A DNA stretch of 61,926 nt, from contig PWRA01000096.1 in NCBI GenBank assembly GCA_003556385.1, forward strand, positions 1 to 61,926, given 5' to 3'. Numbering within the stretch: position 1 is the first letter of the stretch; each line of letters starts with the position of its first letter. Source of the stretch: Dehalococcoidia bacterium. GTDB lineage: Bacteria; Chloroflexota; Dehalococcoidia; GIF9; AB-539-J10. The notes below the pieces were generated by a model. That model searched no databases. It was not told where the DNA came from and worked only from the letters and a program-made list of their open reading frames with translations. Below are positions 27,011 to 36,665 of this stretch, piece after piece. A program made the translations under genes and the position numbers.

Positions 27011-27793
27011 ATGGCCAAAGTAGAGATCGAACGCAAGGGGCGCTTGATGGTGGTGACCATCAACCGTCCGGAGGTCCGCAACTGCGTCGATGGCGAAACG
27101 GCGCAACTGCTCTTCGAGGCCGTCCGCTCGTTTCGCGAAACGCGGGACCTCGACGTGCTTGTCCTGACCGGCGCGGGCAAGGTTTCCTTCTGTTCAGGGG
27201 CGGACCTGAAGAACGTGGAAAGCCTCATGGCGCGCCGCGGCGTGGATGAGTCGGGGCCGATGGGCATCAGCCGTATTACCGATCTGGAAAAGCCGGCCAT
27301 CGCCGCCGTGAATGGCTATTGCCTGGCGGGGGGCCTTGAGTTGGCCTGCTGGTGCGATTTTCGGGTTGCGTCCCGCAACGCCGCTTTCGGCAACCCCGCC
27401 CGCCGTTGGGGTGTGCCGCTGGTGGATGGGGGCACGCAGCGCCTGCCCCGCATCGTCGGACTGGGCAACGCGCTCTATCTTATCGAGACCGGCGTCGTGA
27501 TCGACGCCGACCGCGCCTTGCGCATGGGGTTGGTGCAGGAGGTGGTATCGGCGGGGCAGGCGCTGAACCGCGCGCTGGAGCTGGCTGATGCTATGTCGGG
27601 ATACCCCCGTACCAGCCTGGAAAACGACCGCAGGGCTGTCTATGAAGGCCTGGCGCTGTCGGTTGCGGAAGGCGTCGATCTCGAGGCGAAGCTTCACGAG
27701 ACCAGTTTGGCCGATCCGGAGATGGTGAACAGGCTGCGTGGGTACCTTGCCGGGCAACGTCCGCCCTTCCCCCGTCCGCCGGCCTCACCATAG
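27011..27793 (+). CDS. Enoyl-CoA hydratase/isomerase (crotonase) family protein
   Basis: Motifs LTGAGKVSFCSGADL and AAVNGYCLAGGLELA (oxyanion-hole regions). Confidence 0.88.
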   Translation: MAKVEIERKGRLMVVTINRPEVRNCVDGETAQLLFEAVRSFRETRDLDVLVLTGAGKVSFCSGADLKNVESLMARRGVDESGPMGISRITDLEKPAIAAVNGYCLAGGLELACWCDFRVASRNAAFGNPARRWGVPLVDGGTQRLPRIVGLGNALYLIETGVVIDADRALRMGLVQEVVSAGQALNRALELADAMSGYPRTSLENDRRAVYEGLALSVAEGVDLEAKLHETSLADPEMVNRLRGYLAGQRPPFPRPPASP

Positions 27794-27898
27794 TGCTGTA
27801 TGTATCGGCCGGGGGCCCGGCCGGTGGCGGTGGTGAGCCTCAAATGTGATCACTGGAGAGGTTTCGCGGCCCGCGGGCTCAATGGTATTGTGCGCGTA

Positions 27899-29227
27899 CT
27901 ACAGCAAGCCCAGCCTCTTCGCCTGCTGCTGAAGCGTTCCCCGAAAACTTGGATGAGCCAGCCCTATCAGGGCCCTGGCCCTTTCCGTATTGGGTCTGCC
28001 CTTCAGGTGTGCTATCCCGTACTCGGTCACGACATAATCGGCGTAGTAGCGCGGAACGGTGGGTATCTGGGGAGCAAGAGGGTTGTTCGGTTCGAGCGTT
28101 GGATGTGTCACTATGCGGGAGGAAGCCCCGTCCCCCGTGATAGAGGGCAGAACAGTCACGAATTTGGCATCGGGAGCTATGACACATCCCAGGGCGAAGT
28201 CCAGTTGTCCGCCCGAGCCGGTGTACTGGTCTTCGAGGCCCAGCAGGTCGGAGTAGATGTTGCCGAAGAGATCGACCTGGAGGGCACCGTTTATCGCTAC
28301 CATCTTGCTGTTCATGGCGATGATCTTCGGGTCGTTGGTGTAATCGACCGGCTGCATCTCTATCAACGGGTTATCATTCAGCCACTCGTACAGCTTCGTC
28401 GTGCCCCCGTGAAAGGTACACACTATCTTGCCTTCGTGGATGCTCTTCCGGGCGTTGGTCACAGCGCCCGCTGCCACGAGCTCCCTTAGGCCCTCGGGGA
28501 CCATCTCGGTATGTATGCCCAGGTCCTTCTTCTCTTTGAGAAAATGCGTCACCGCCTCGCTCACTCCTCCGTACCCGACCTGCACCGTTGAGCAGTCATC
28601 CACGAGTTCAGCTACGTATCGACCGATCTTCTCTTCCACGGCGGTGATGGGCGACTGCTCGAGTTCATAGAGGGGTTGGTCGATCTCGACGACGTAGTCA
28701 AGTTGCGTCATGTGCAGGAAAGACCTTCCGTGCGTCCTCGGCATGTTCGGGTTGATTTCCGCAATGACCACCCTGGGCGGCCGCTCGAGTGCGCCCTGGG
28801 CATAGTCCACCGACACCCCCAGGCTGCAATTGCCGTCACGGTCGGGCGGCGACACGGTCAACAGCAGAACATCGCTTTGGAAATCACCTTCTCGAAGCAG
28901 TCCGGGGGTGTTGCCGAAGGTCACCGGGTAGAAATCGGCGCGCCCTTCGCTCAGCACCTGCCTCACGCACTTGCTGCGGCCACAAAAGGCGGTAGCACAC
29001 CTCACCTGCTTCTCCATGCCCGGCTCCAGGTATTTCTCCTGGAAGCGACCGAACGGGGCATAATGGAATATCCTCACTCCCACCAGTTCAGGGGCCCTGT
29101 CCAGCAGCGCCATGGGGAGAAGGCGCGGCTCGCCACAGAAGTTCGCCAGCACCACGTCGTCATACGACTGTATGGCTTCGACCGCCTGTTCGGCTGTCAC
29201 GATCTTGGGGGAACGCTTGTCCGTCAT
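27899..29227 (-). CDS. Acetyl-CoA hydrolase/transferase family (4-hydroxybutyrate CoA-transferase-like)
   Basis: About 440 aa. N-terminus TAEQAVEAIQSYDDVV, GIHTEMVPEG, GSGGQLDF motifs typical of this CoA-transferase family. Confidence 0.82.
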   Translation of the reverse strand: MTDKRSPKIVTAEQAVEAIQSYDDVVLANFCGEPRLLPMALLDRAPELVGVRIFHYAPFGRFQEKYLEPGMEKQVRCATAFCGRSKCVRQVLSEGRADFYPVTFGNTPGLLREGDFQSDVLLLTVSPPDRDGNCSLGVSVDYAQGALERPPRVVIAEINPNMPRTHGRSFLHMTQLDYVVEIDQPLYELEQSPITAVEEKIGRYVAELVDDCSTVQVGYGGVSEAVTHFLKEKKDLGIHTEMVPEGLRELVAAGAVTNARKSIHEGKIVCTFHGGTTKLYEWLNDNPLIEMQPVDYTNDPKIIAMNSKMVAINGALQVDLFGNIYSDLLGLEDQYTGSGGQLDFALGCVIAPDAKFVTVLPSITGDGASSRIVTHPTLEPNNPLAPQIPTVPRYYADYVVTEYGIAHLKGRPNTERARALIGLAHPSFRGTLQQQAKRLGLL

Positions 29228-29333
29228 CGATGGCTCTCCTCCTCACTATTATGAGGGATTACAATGCATTTGTGCAACGGGCCAACAGACTACCACTACA
29301 CGGCGCACTGCCTCCCGTGCTAGACTACCGCCC

Positions 29334-29843
29334 GTGGAGACCGTGGTTGTACTGGCCATGCACGGCATGCCTCCTGCCGATTTTCCGCAGGAGGAGCTGG
29401 CGGAGTTCTTCAGACTGCACTCAATGGTGCATTCAGGGTCGGGCGGCGACCGTGAAGACCACCGAAAGCGCTATGCCTTTCTCGAGGACAAGATGAGGCG
29501 CTGGCCGCGCAATGAGCAGAATGACCCGTTTCACGGGGCGTCCCGGCAACTTGCGGCACATCTCAGCCGGGAGTCGGGCTACGAGGTGGTGGTGGGCCAC
29601 AATGAGTTCTGCGCCCCCGATCTGTATGAAGCGCTGGAGTCGGCCGCCGACAAAGGCGCCGGCAAGATCATCGTGGTTACTCCCATGATGACGCGTGGCG
29701 GCGACCATGCCGAGAAGGATATACCGGTGGTCATCGACAGGTTCCGCACGCTCTGTCCCGAGATAGACGTAGTGTACGCCTGGCCGTTTGATGCAGCCCG
29801 GGTGGCCCGGTTCCTGGCCGACCACATTTCGAACCTCGCCTGA
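29334..29843 (+). CDS. CbiX/SirB-type (short) sirohydrochlorin chelatase-like protein
   Basis: VVVLAMHG N-terminal strand with catalytic-type His. A second half has IIVVTPMMTRGGDHAEKDIP. Start placed at GTG 29334 because the longer ORF overlaps the convergent CoA-transferase gene. Confidence 0.6.
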   Translation: METVVVLAMHGMPPADFPQEELAEFFRLHSMVHSGSGGDREDHRKRYAFLEDKMRRWPRNEQNDPFHGASRQLAAHLSRESGYEVVVGHNEFCAPDLYEALESAADKGAGKIIVVTPMMTRGGDHAEKDIPVVIDRFRTLCPEIDVVYAWPFDAARVARFLADHISNLA

Positions 29844-30028
29844 CTGCTCTTCTCCCCCGATCCTCTTCATGCTTCATTCCTCGCCTGTCATCCTGTCGCA
29901 CGTGTGGTCGACGTCCGGAACTCCAACGGGAGCCCCGACGACAAATGGCCGCCCGAGCAGACTGGACACAGTGCTCATCCATCGCACATAATTGTGCATA
30001 CCGGGGACAGAGACTCAGGGGCACGGCG

Positions 30029-30976
30029 ATGCGGATGAGCGACCTGATCGACAAGACGGTGGGGATATATCACTTCCTCGCCGATAGGCTGCCCGCGAAC
30101 GTTCCCACGGTGGATCCGAAGCCTCGCAAGGTCAACCCGTGGCGACATCAGGGGAGAGTCATCGTGGCCCGCGTATCCGCAGCAGATGATGTCCGACCTG
30201 CCATCGAAAAAACCGTCGGTCTCCTGGGCCGGCTGGAACAGGCCATTGGTAGAGGGGACAGGGTTCTTGTTAAGCCCAACTATAACAGCCCCGACCCTCC
30301 CCCGGCCTCTACAGACCCGTCCTTTTTGCGCGCGGTGCTCGAAATGCTCGTGGAGGCCGGCGCCAGACCTACCATAGGTGAGAGCGCGGGTGGAGTGTGG
30401 CGGCCGACGCGAAATGTGTTCCGCCAGGTGCATGTGGATGACCTCGCCCGGGAGCTGGGCGTCGGCTTGATCGCGTTCGACGATGCGGATACGGAGTGGG
30501 TGAGGATCAGAATAGGGGGCGACTATCTGCGTGAGCTGGTAGTGCCCCGCGCGGCCTACGAAGCCGACAAACTGGTCTATCTGCCGTGCATGAAGACGCA
30601 CCGGCTGGCCGGCTTCTCCGGTGCCCTGAAGCTGGGTTTCGGCTTCGTTGCTCCCGGGCAGCGGCGCGGGTTTCACGCGGGTCATCTGCAACAGAAGGTG
30701 GCAGAGGTCAATCTGTGCTGGCAGCCCGATCTCATCATCATGGACGGCCGGAAGGCCTTCGTATCGGGCGGCCCAAACAAGGGCCAGGTGGTGGAACCGG
30801 GACTGTTGCTGGCCTCCGGCGACCTCATTGCCGTCGATGTTGAAGCCGCTAAGACGCTCCTCGCCGGGGGAGGCAAGAACAGGCTTCCATCGGACCCGTG
30901 GCAGTCGCCGCAGGTGGTTACGGCCGTGAAGCACGGCCTCGGGGCAGGCAGAGACGGCTACGTAGTCGTCGACTGA
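30029..30976 (+). CDS. DUF362 domain-containing protein
   Basis: The core RVLVKPNYNSP...DP.FLRAVLEMLVEAGA...IGES is characteristic of DUF362. The start is uncertain (29945 or 30029). Confidence 0.7.
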   Translation: MRMSDLIDKTVGIYHFLADRLPANVPTVDPKPRKVNPWRHQGRVIVARVSAADDVRPAIEKTVGLLGRLEQAIGRGDRVLVKPNYNSPDPPPASTDPSFLRAVLEMLVEAGARPTIGESAGGVWRPTRNVFRQVHVDDLARELGVGLIAFDDADTEWVRIRIGGDYLRELVVPRAAYEADKLVYLPCMKTHRLAGFSGALKLGFGFVAPGQRRGFHAGHLQQKVAEVNLCWQPDLIIMDGRKAFVSGGPNKGQVVEPGLLLASGDLIAVDVEAAKTLLAGGGKNRLPSDPWQSPQVVTAVKHGLGAGRDGYVVVD

Positions 30977-31174
30977 TGCCGCGTTCTGATCCTCCCGACC
31001 ATTCGCAGCCTCCGACATAGCCGGCCTCAGGAAAGTGGCACCTGGGGAAAAGCGCAGCAAAGGATGCAGTGCAGCGCTCTTGTTATATTTTTGTTACGTT
31101 TCGCGCCTGGAATTTACGGTTCTTTAATCGAAATCCTGCTAGACTGAGCGTGGCTCGCCCGCGCAGGAGGTGAT

Positions 31175-31678
31175 ATGCCGGAGCAGACACGTGGTATTCA
31201 GTTTTGGGTGGCTGTGCTGATACTCGTAGCCACGGTAGTCGTGTCCGTGTTTACCTATGACCGTCGGCTTGATTTGCACTTCCGCCTGGGGCCGGAACTC
31301 GTACACCACTGGATGACCTGGGTGGGGACTGTTTTTATCGGCGTCTTTACGCCTGCCTACCGCCTTCTGAAGCGCCGCTATAGGCGTAGGTACAGCCTGT
31401 TACTCAACATACATACCTATGGTAACCTGGTTGCCTTCTTGCTGATATCGGTCCACTTCGCACAGCAGATAGGCCGGCCGGCCGAGTTTTTTCCCGACCT
31501 GGGAACCGGATTGGCGCTCTATATCACCGTAAGCCTGCTTGTTATTACTGGGTTTCTTCAAAGATTCAGACTAGCACAGAGGGTTGCCAGGTACCAGAGG
31601 TCCATACACGTTGGCACTACCATGGCTTTCTATATTGTCATCGTCATACACATATTACAGGGCCTGGGAGTCCTGTAG
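31175..31678 (+). CDS. Hypothetical integral membrane protein with conserved-looking His residues (possibly DUF4405/cytochrome-b-like)
   Basis: 4-5 TM helices. His residues lie in or near TM segments (HHWMTW, NIHTYGN, SVHF, VIHIL). AGGAGGTG RBS. Located directly upstream of the copper ATPase. Confidence 0.5.
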   Translation: MPEQTRGIQFWVAVLILVATVVVSVFTYDRRLDLHFRLGPELVHHWMTWVGTVFIGVFTPAYRLLKRRYRRRYSLLLNIHTYGNLVAFLLISVHFAQQIGRPAEFFPDLGTGLALYITVSLLVITGFLQRFRLAQRVARYQRSIHVGTTMAFYIVIVIHILQGLGVL

Positions 31679-31809
31679 GTGGACAGGTCTGGAGTGTTGC
31701 TCTGCCTTGAGCATCGGTGAAACAGGCAAGAGCAGGGGAGGCGGGTGCCCTGTGAGGGAAGGGCAGAGTATGCGGACACCGGATTCAGGCTTGGCGCCGG
31801 GGAAGGGGT

Positions 31810-33828
31810 ATGGAACACAGGGACCAGGACGCACATAAGGAGCGCGGGTCAGCGGGAAAGGCCCCCGACCATCACCGCATGATGATGGCGGACTACCGCC
31901 GGCGGTTCTTCGTCTCGGTCATCCTCACAGTTCCCGTTCTCGTCCTCAGCGACTCGGTGCAGGCGTTCCTCGGGTTGCCGGACATCGGCTTCGTCGGAGA
32001 CCAGTACGTCGTCTTCGCGCTATCCAGCGTTGTCTATGCCTATGGCGGGTTCCCGTTCTTGAGAGGGCTGTATGACGAGGTAAAAGGCAACAACATAGGC
32101 ATGAAGACCCTCATCGGCACCGCGGTTTCGGTGGCCTACGTGTACAGCAGCGCGGTCGTGTTCGGTCTTCCCGGCGTCCCCTTCTTCTGGGAACTGGTGA
32201 CGCTGGTTGATGTGATGCTGGCCGGGCACTGGATAGAGATGAGGTCGGTGCTTGGCGCATCCCGTGCGCTTGAGGAACTGGCCAGGCTAATGCCGGCAAC
32301 AGCCCATAAGCTCATGCCCGACGGTAGTACCGAAGATGTCCCGATAGAGGAGCTACAGATCGGTGACACGTTCATCGTTAGACCCGGAGAGAGGGTGCCG
32401 GCGGATGGGGAGATCGAGGACGGTGAGACCTCCGTTAACGAGGCGATGCTCACCGGCGAAAGCCAGCCTGCACATAAGACCAGGGGCAGTAACGTGATCG
32501 GTGGGTCGGTTAATGCCGAAGGCGCTATCACCGTGGAGGTAAGGAAGATGGGTAAGGACTCCTACCTATCACAGGTGATCTCGCTCGTCGAACAGGCGCA
32601 GCAGAGCAAGTCGAGGACGCAGGACCTGGCCAATCGGGCCGCCCGCTGGCTCACCATTATCGCGCTTACCGTGGGGCCGGCCACCCTCGTCGTCTGGCTC
32701 ACGGCATTCGGCCGCGAGTTCATATTCGGCCTGGAACGGATGGTGACGGTGATGGTTATCGCCTGCCCCCATGCCCTGGGGTTGGCCGTACCGCTGGTGG
32801 TGGCAGTTTCGACCTCGATCGCTGCGAAGAACGGGCTTCTGATAAGGGACCGCACCGCCTTCGAGCGGGCCAGGAATATCCGGGTCATGATCTTCGACAA
32901 GACGGGGACGCTCACCAGGGGTGAGTTCGGCGTCACCGATGTCGTCGCCCTGGGCGCTCTGGAGCAGCAGGCGATCCTGAAATACGCCGCGTCGGTGGAA
33001 GACTACTCGGAGCACCCCATCGCCAGGGGCATCGCCGGGGCTACTGGTGAGAGACTGGATGCGGCTGACTTCAAGGCCATCCCGGGCAAGGGCGCGGTGG
33101 CACGCGTTGGAGGCAAAAGAGTGGAGGTCGTGAGCCCGGGTTACCTGGCGGAGAACAGCATCTCCTACGATCAGGAGAAGATCGAGGGCCTGGTCTCCCA
33201 GGGGAAGACGGTGGTCTTTGTGCTGGTTGACGGCGAGGTGATGGGTGCCATCGCCCTTGCCGACATCATAAGACCGGAGTCGAAAGAAGCGATCCGGCAA
33301 CTTAAGGAGATGGATATAAGCTGCATGATGATTACCGGAGATAACCGGCAGGTAGCGAAATGGGTAGCCGATGAACTGGAGCTCGACGAGTATTTCGCAG
33401 AGGTGCTGCCGGATAAGAAGGCGGATAAGGTCAGGGAGGTGCAGCAGCGTGGACTGGTTGTGGCCATGACCGGCGACGGGGTGAACGACGCTCCGGCTTT
33501 GGCGCAGTCCGATGTGGGCATCGCCATAGGTGCCGGCACCGACGTCGCCGTGCAGACCGCCGACATCGTCCTGGTGAAAAGCGACCCGCGTGATGCGCTT
33601 GCCGTGGTCAGGCTGGCAAGGGCCACCTACCGCAAGATGCAGCAGAACCTCGGGTGGGCCACCGGCTATAACGCATTCGCCATCCCGGCTGCGGCGGGCG
33701 TCCTGTTTATCCCGTTCGGCTTCCTGCTTAGTCCGGCCGCGGGCGCCGCGCTCATGGCCGCAAGCACGGTGATCGTGGCCATCAACGCGCGGTTCTTAAG
33801 AATGGGGAAGAAAGCAGAGGGCACTTGA
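31810..33828 (+). CDS. copB: Heavy-metal translocating P1B-type ATPase, CPH (CopB-like) subtype
   Basis: TM6 motif CPH ([13 protein letters not shown]), [19 protein letters not shown]. His-rich N-terminus (HRDQDAH...DHHRMMM) instead of a CxxC HMA domain. Confidence 0.88.
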   Translation: MEHRDQDAHKERGSAGKAPDHHRMMMADYRRRFFVSVILTVPVLVLSDSVQAFLGLPDIGFVGDQYVVFALSSVVYAYGGFPFLRGLYDEVKGNNIGMKTLIGTAVSVAYVYSSAVVFGLPGVPFFWELVTLVDVMLAGHWIEMRSVLGASRALEELARLMPATAHKLMPDGSTEDVPIEELQIGDTFIVRPGERVPADGEIEDGETSVNEAMLTGESQPAHKTRGSNVIGGSVNAEGAITVEVRKMGKDSYLSQVISLVEQAQQSKSRTQDLANRAARWLTIIALTVGPATLVVWLTAFGREFIFGLERMVTVMVIACPHALGLAVPLVVAVSTSIAAKNGLLIRDRTAFERARNIRVMIFDKTGTLTRGEFGVTDVVALGALEQQAILKYAASVEDYSEHPIARGIAGATGERLDAADFKAIPGKGAVARVGGKRVEVVSPGYLAENSISYDQEKIEGLVSQGKTVVFVLVDGEVMGAIALADIIRPESKEAIRQLKEMDISCMMITGDNRQVAKWVADELELDEYFAEVLPDKKADKVREVQQRGLVVAMTGDGVNDAPALAQSDVGIAIGAGTDVAVQTADIVLVKSDPRDALAVVRLARATYRKMQQNLGWATGYNAFAIPAAAGVLFIPFGFLLSPAAGAALMAASTVIVAINARFLRMGKKAEGT

Positions 33829-33884
33829 CATAATACAAGGCCGAGGGGTGCTCTCGCTACCCGTCTCGCGCTCAGCCAGTCCCG

Positions 33885-34235
33885 CTACTTGCACGGTTCG
33901 GCAGGCCCGTGCCCGAGGAGGGCGTGGGCTGCACCGACGAAGCGGTCGATGTGCACTGTGAAAGCGATGCCTCTGCCCGGCGCCTCCAACGACACGGCTT
34001 TCACTATTTCATCCAGAATGGCGTCCGCCTTGTCCGGCGGAGTGACGGTAAGGACTATCTCCTTTTCGGGTTCGATCGGTATACCGAGGACCTTCTTCTT
34101 CTCATGTATGCCGATCCCCCGTCCGAATACGATCGTCACGCCTTCCGCGCCGGCCTTTATCGATGCCTGCATAGCACGATCGCCGCAGCCCTTGGCAACG
34201 ATGGTTACGATCAGTGTTCTGCCTTGTTCATCCAT
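33885..34235 (-). CDS. P-II family (GlnB-like fold) signalling protein, non-canonical
   Basis: About 115 aa with a beta-alpha-beta x2 pattern: LIVTIVAKG...AGAEGVTIVFGRGIG...IVLTVTP..KADAILDEIVKA...GIAFTVHI. Overlaps the upstream DUF1538 gene by 8 nt. Confidence 0.65.
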   Translation of the reverse strand: MDEQGRTLIVTIVAKGCGDRAMQASIKAGAEGVTIVFGRGIGIHEKKKVLGIPIEPEKEIVLTVTPPDKADAILDEIVKAVSLEAPGRGIAFTVHIDRFVGAAHALLGHGPAEPCK

Positions 34236-34971
34236 CTTGACTGCCTCCTTGCGGTGGTCTGATTCGGTACGCCAGACTAACCAACTGTAGCGATATAATC
34301 GGCGCGAGCGTAATTATACCGATTAGTCCGAGTCCGTCAACCGCCGGATTGCGTCCCTCGATTGCCGTGGCGGCCCCTATGGTCATGGACATGATGAATG
34401 CAACCGTCATCGGCCCTGTAGCGATACTGCCTGAATCGAAGGCCATGGCAACGAAGTTCCTGTCGGCGAAGAAGAGCAGAATGAGGGCCAGTCCGTACCC
34501 GGGGATCATTATGGTGGGTAGCGGAATACCGTAGACGGTCCGTGCCATGCCCAGTGCCGCAAAAGCCGCTACCGCGGCGCCCAGCGTGTAGAGTATGACC
34601 GGGGCCCTGATGTAGCCGGCCGACGCTTCTTCAACCTCCTCGCTCAATACGCGTACTTGAGGCTCGGCCAGGGTGACGAGGAAGCCCAGAACGAAACCGA
34701 TCGGAATCAGGACCCACGTGTGATCCAGATTCCCGAATAGCTCCCCTATTTCTGTGCCCATGGGCATCAAGGCGATATTGATGCCGTGCAAGAAGAGGAG
34801 CAGCCCGACATAGGCGAATGCCAGACCCCTGAGAAGAATAAGCACGTACTGTCGGGACCGCTTCAGAAACACGAGTTGAAACACGGCAAAGAATACGATC
34901 AGCAGCGCAAACGGCAGCGCTATATCAAGGGCGACGCCGCTCAGCCCTTCGAATGGGGCCAGAGGCGTCAC
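34228..34971 (-). CDS. DUF1538 family membrane protein
   Basis: Polytopic membrane protein with the FDSGSIATGPMTVAFI motif. It is a paralogue of the adjacent gene, which has FDAGGVSAGPLTVPVF. Confidence 0.7.
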   Translation of the reverse strand: MTPLAPFEGLSGVALDIALPFALLIVFFAVFQLVFLKRSRQYVLILLRGLAFAYVGLLLFLHGINIALMPMGTEIGELFGNLDHTWVLIPIGFVLGFLVTLAEPQVRVLSEEVEEASAGYIRAPVILYTLGAAVAAFAALGMARTVYGIPLPTIMIPGYGLALILLFFADRNFVAMAFDSGSIATGPMTVAFIMSMTIGAATAIEGRNPAVDGLGLIGIITLAPIISLQLVSLAYRIRPPQGGSQDG

Positions 34972-35657
34972 AGGAAGAACACCCCCCAGAGCAGGACGCC
35001 GATGATGGGCCCTGCCACCGCGAGCCCGATCAGCCCGAAACCGTCCGATAGAGCCGATCTCTGGGTGAGCACCGATACGAAACCCAGTCCCAGAGCCAGA
35101 AACACGGGCACGGTCAAGGGACCGGCCGATACGCCTCCTGCGTCGAAGGCGATTGCCATAAACTCGGGTGGAGTGAACACCGCGAGTACTATGACAATCA
35201 GGTAGACAACTGCCAGAAGATGCCTGGTGGGAAAGCCAATAAGGATGCGCAGAATCGCTGCGGTGAGCAGGACGGCCATGCCCCCTGCTACAACGAATAC
35301 CAGGGCGGTGGTAGCGTCGGTGTTGGCCTCTCCTGCCATTTCGGCAAGCACCATGACGCCGGGCTCTGCCGCGGTTACGACGAAACCGAATATAAAGACG
35401 GCGGTGATGATCAGCGGCACCGACCCGTGCTGGGGTAGTTCGGCGCCGATATCACGTCCCAGCGGCAATATGCCCGTCCTGACCCCGAACAGAAAACACA
35501 CTATGCCCACGAACACCATGCCGGACCCGATCAGGAAGCGGAGGAAGATCTCAGGAGGGGCATACAGGACGGTGAACTGGAGGACCACTATGGCCAGGAC
35601 GACGGGTAAGAATGCCTTCAGGACCTCTAGCGTGATATCTCTGATAATCTTGAGCAA
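34968..35657 (-). CDS. DUF1538 family membrane protein
   Basis: Paralogue of 34228-34971. Its stop overlaps the next start (ATGA). Start set at TTG 35657, preceded by GGGAGG. The longer ORF to 35810 has an implausible Cys/Arg-rich leader. Confidence 0.65.
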   Translation of the reverse strand: MLKIIRDITLEVLKAFLPVVLAIVVLQFTVLYAPPEIFLRFLIGSGMVFVGIVCFLFGVRTGILPLGRDIGAELPQHGSVPLIITAVFIFGFVVTAAEPGVMVLAEMAGEANTDATTALVFVVAGGMAVLLTAAILRILIGFPTRHLLAVVYLIVIVLAVFTPPEFMAIAFDAGGVSAGPLTVPVFLALGLGFVSVLTQRSALSDGFGLIGLAVAGPIIGVLLWGVFFL

Positions 35658-35897
35658 GGGTGCCTCCCGGACTCTGAGCGAGAAGGTTACCAGTGACGGG
35701 CCACGGACCCGCGAGGCAGAGAACGCAACCAGCCCGATTCTATCACAGCAGAGCCGCTCTCGCAAACTGCAGCAGGCAGGCATGCTTGCTTGCCTGCCCT
35801 GTTCGGGCAACGATTGATGGGCCGCAAGCCCGACACGACCCTGGCTCCGCGACTTAGCCGGCCTGCGGTCCCCACGTGGATTGTGTGTGCTTCGCCG

Positions 35898-36470
35898 TCA
35901 CTGAGGGGGCGCCAGCACCACCCAGTCCACATCGTTATCGCCCTTGACCACGGCGACAATATGGTTACCGTATCTCAGTTGCTCGACCAGAAAGGAATCA
36001 CCCCTGTAGTCCAGAACGATATGCTTCTCATCGGGGACTGCAGCTATGCGGCAGGTTTTCAGCCCACCGATCCCGATGCCGATGGCCTTCAATGTCGCCT
36101 CCTTAGCCGTCCAGTAGCGGAAGAAGGTGTCCCAGGACCTGTCCATCAATGCCCATTCCTCGTCGCTGGCTACATAAGGGAAGAGGGGGTTAGTGCGGGG
36201 CTTCATCTCCTCAACGTCTATCCCCACCCTATCATTGCTTACCACAGCCGCCACGCAACCGGGCTTGTGGGAAAGCGACCAGTGGTTGCCCGCATCCGGG
36301 CAGGGCCGTCCGTCTCCGTCCTTGCGCAGTTTTCCCAGCCTGACCCGGCTCTTCTCAGCGCTCACCCTCAGCGTCTCTTGGGCCAGCCGACTGAGACGGG
36401 CTGCGCACTCTCTCCCGGAGAGGTTGTCTCCCGCGCTGGCAATGGGCATGACTACCGGAAACAGTGTCAT
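35898..36470 (-). CDS. 4'-phosphopantetheinyl transferase (Sfp-type)
   Basis: Motifs WSLSHKPG, GIDVEE and WTAKEATLKAIG, the PPTase superfamily signatures. Confidence 0.8.
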   Translation of the reverse strand: MTLFPVVMPIASAGDNLSGRECAARLSRLAQETLRVSAEKSRVRLGKLRKDGDGRPCPDAGNHWSLSHKPGCVAAVVSNDRVGIDVEEMKPRTNPLFPYVASDEEWALMDRSWDTFFRYWTAKEATLKAIGIGIGGLKTCRIAAVPDEKHIVLDYRGDSFLVEQLRYGNHIVAVVKGDNDVDWVVLAPPQ

Positions 36471-36665
36471 CGGCCTGCGGTTTCTAGGTTCCCTCTAACG
36501 CTAATTCTATCACTGATGATAATCTGGCCTCAATATTGGAGGGGTTGTTGAGAACACACTGACTGGCAGGGTCAGGGATCGTGTTATGTTGTATAATACT
36601 CAGGATACTACATGGGAGGAGTCCGGTAGGTCTGAGGGCTGAAGGAACAGGATCAAGGAAGTCGG

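Noticed and set aside
29112-29333. Longer version of the CbiX-like ORF starting at 29112.
   Set aside because: Its first 74 codons overlap the convergent CoA-transferase gene's 5' end and look non-protein-like. The family normally begins at the VVVLAMHG strand.
35658-35810. N-terminal extension of the first DUF1538 gene (MPEQGRQASMPACCSLRERLCCDR...).
   Set aside because: The extension is not membrane-protein-like. A GGGAGG-N5-TTG start at 35657 gives a protein colinear with its paralogue.
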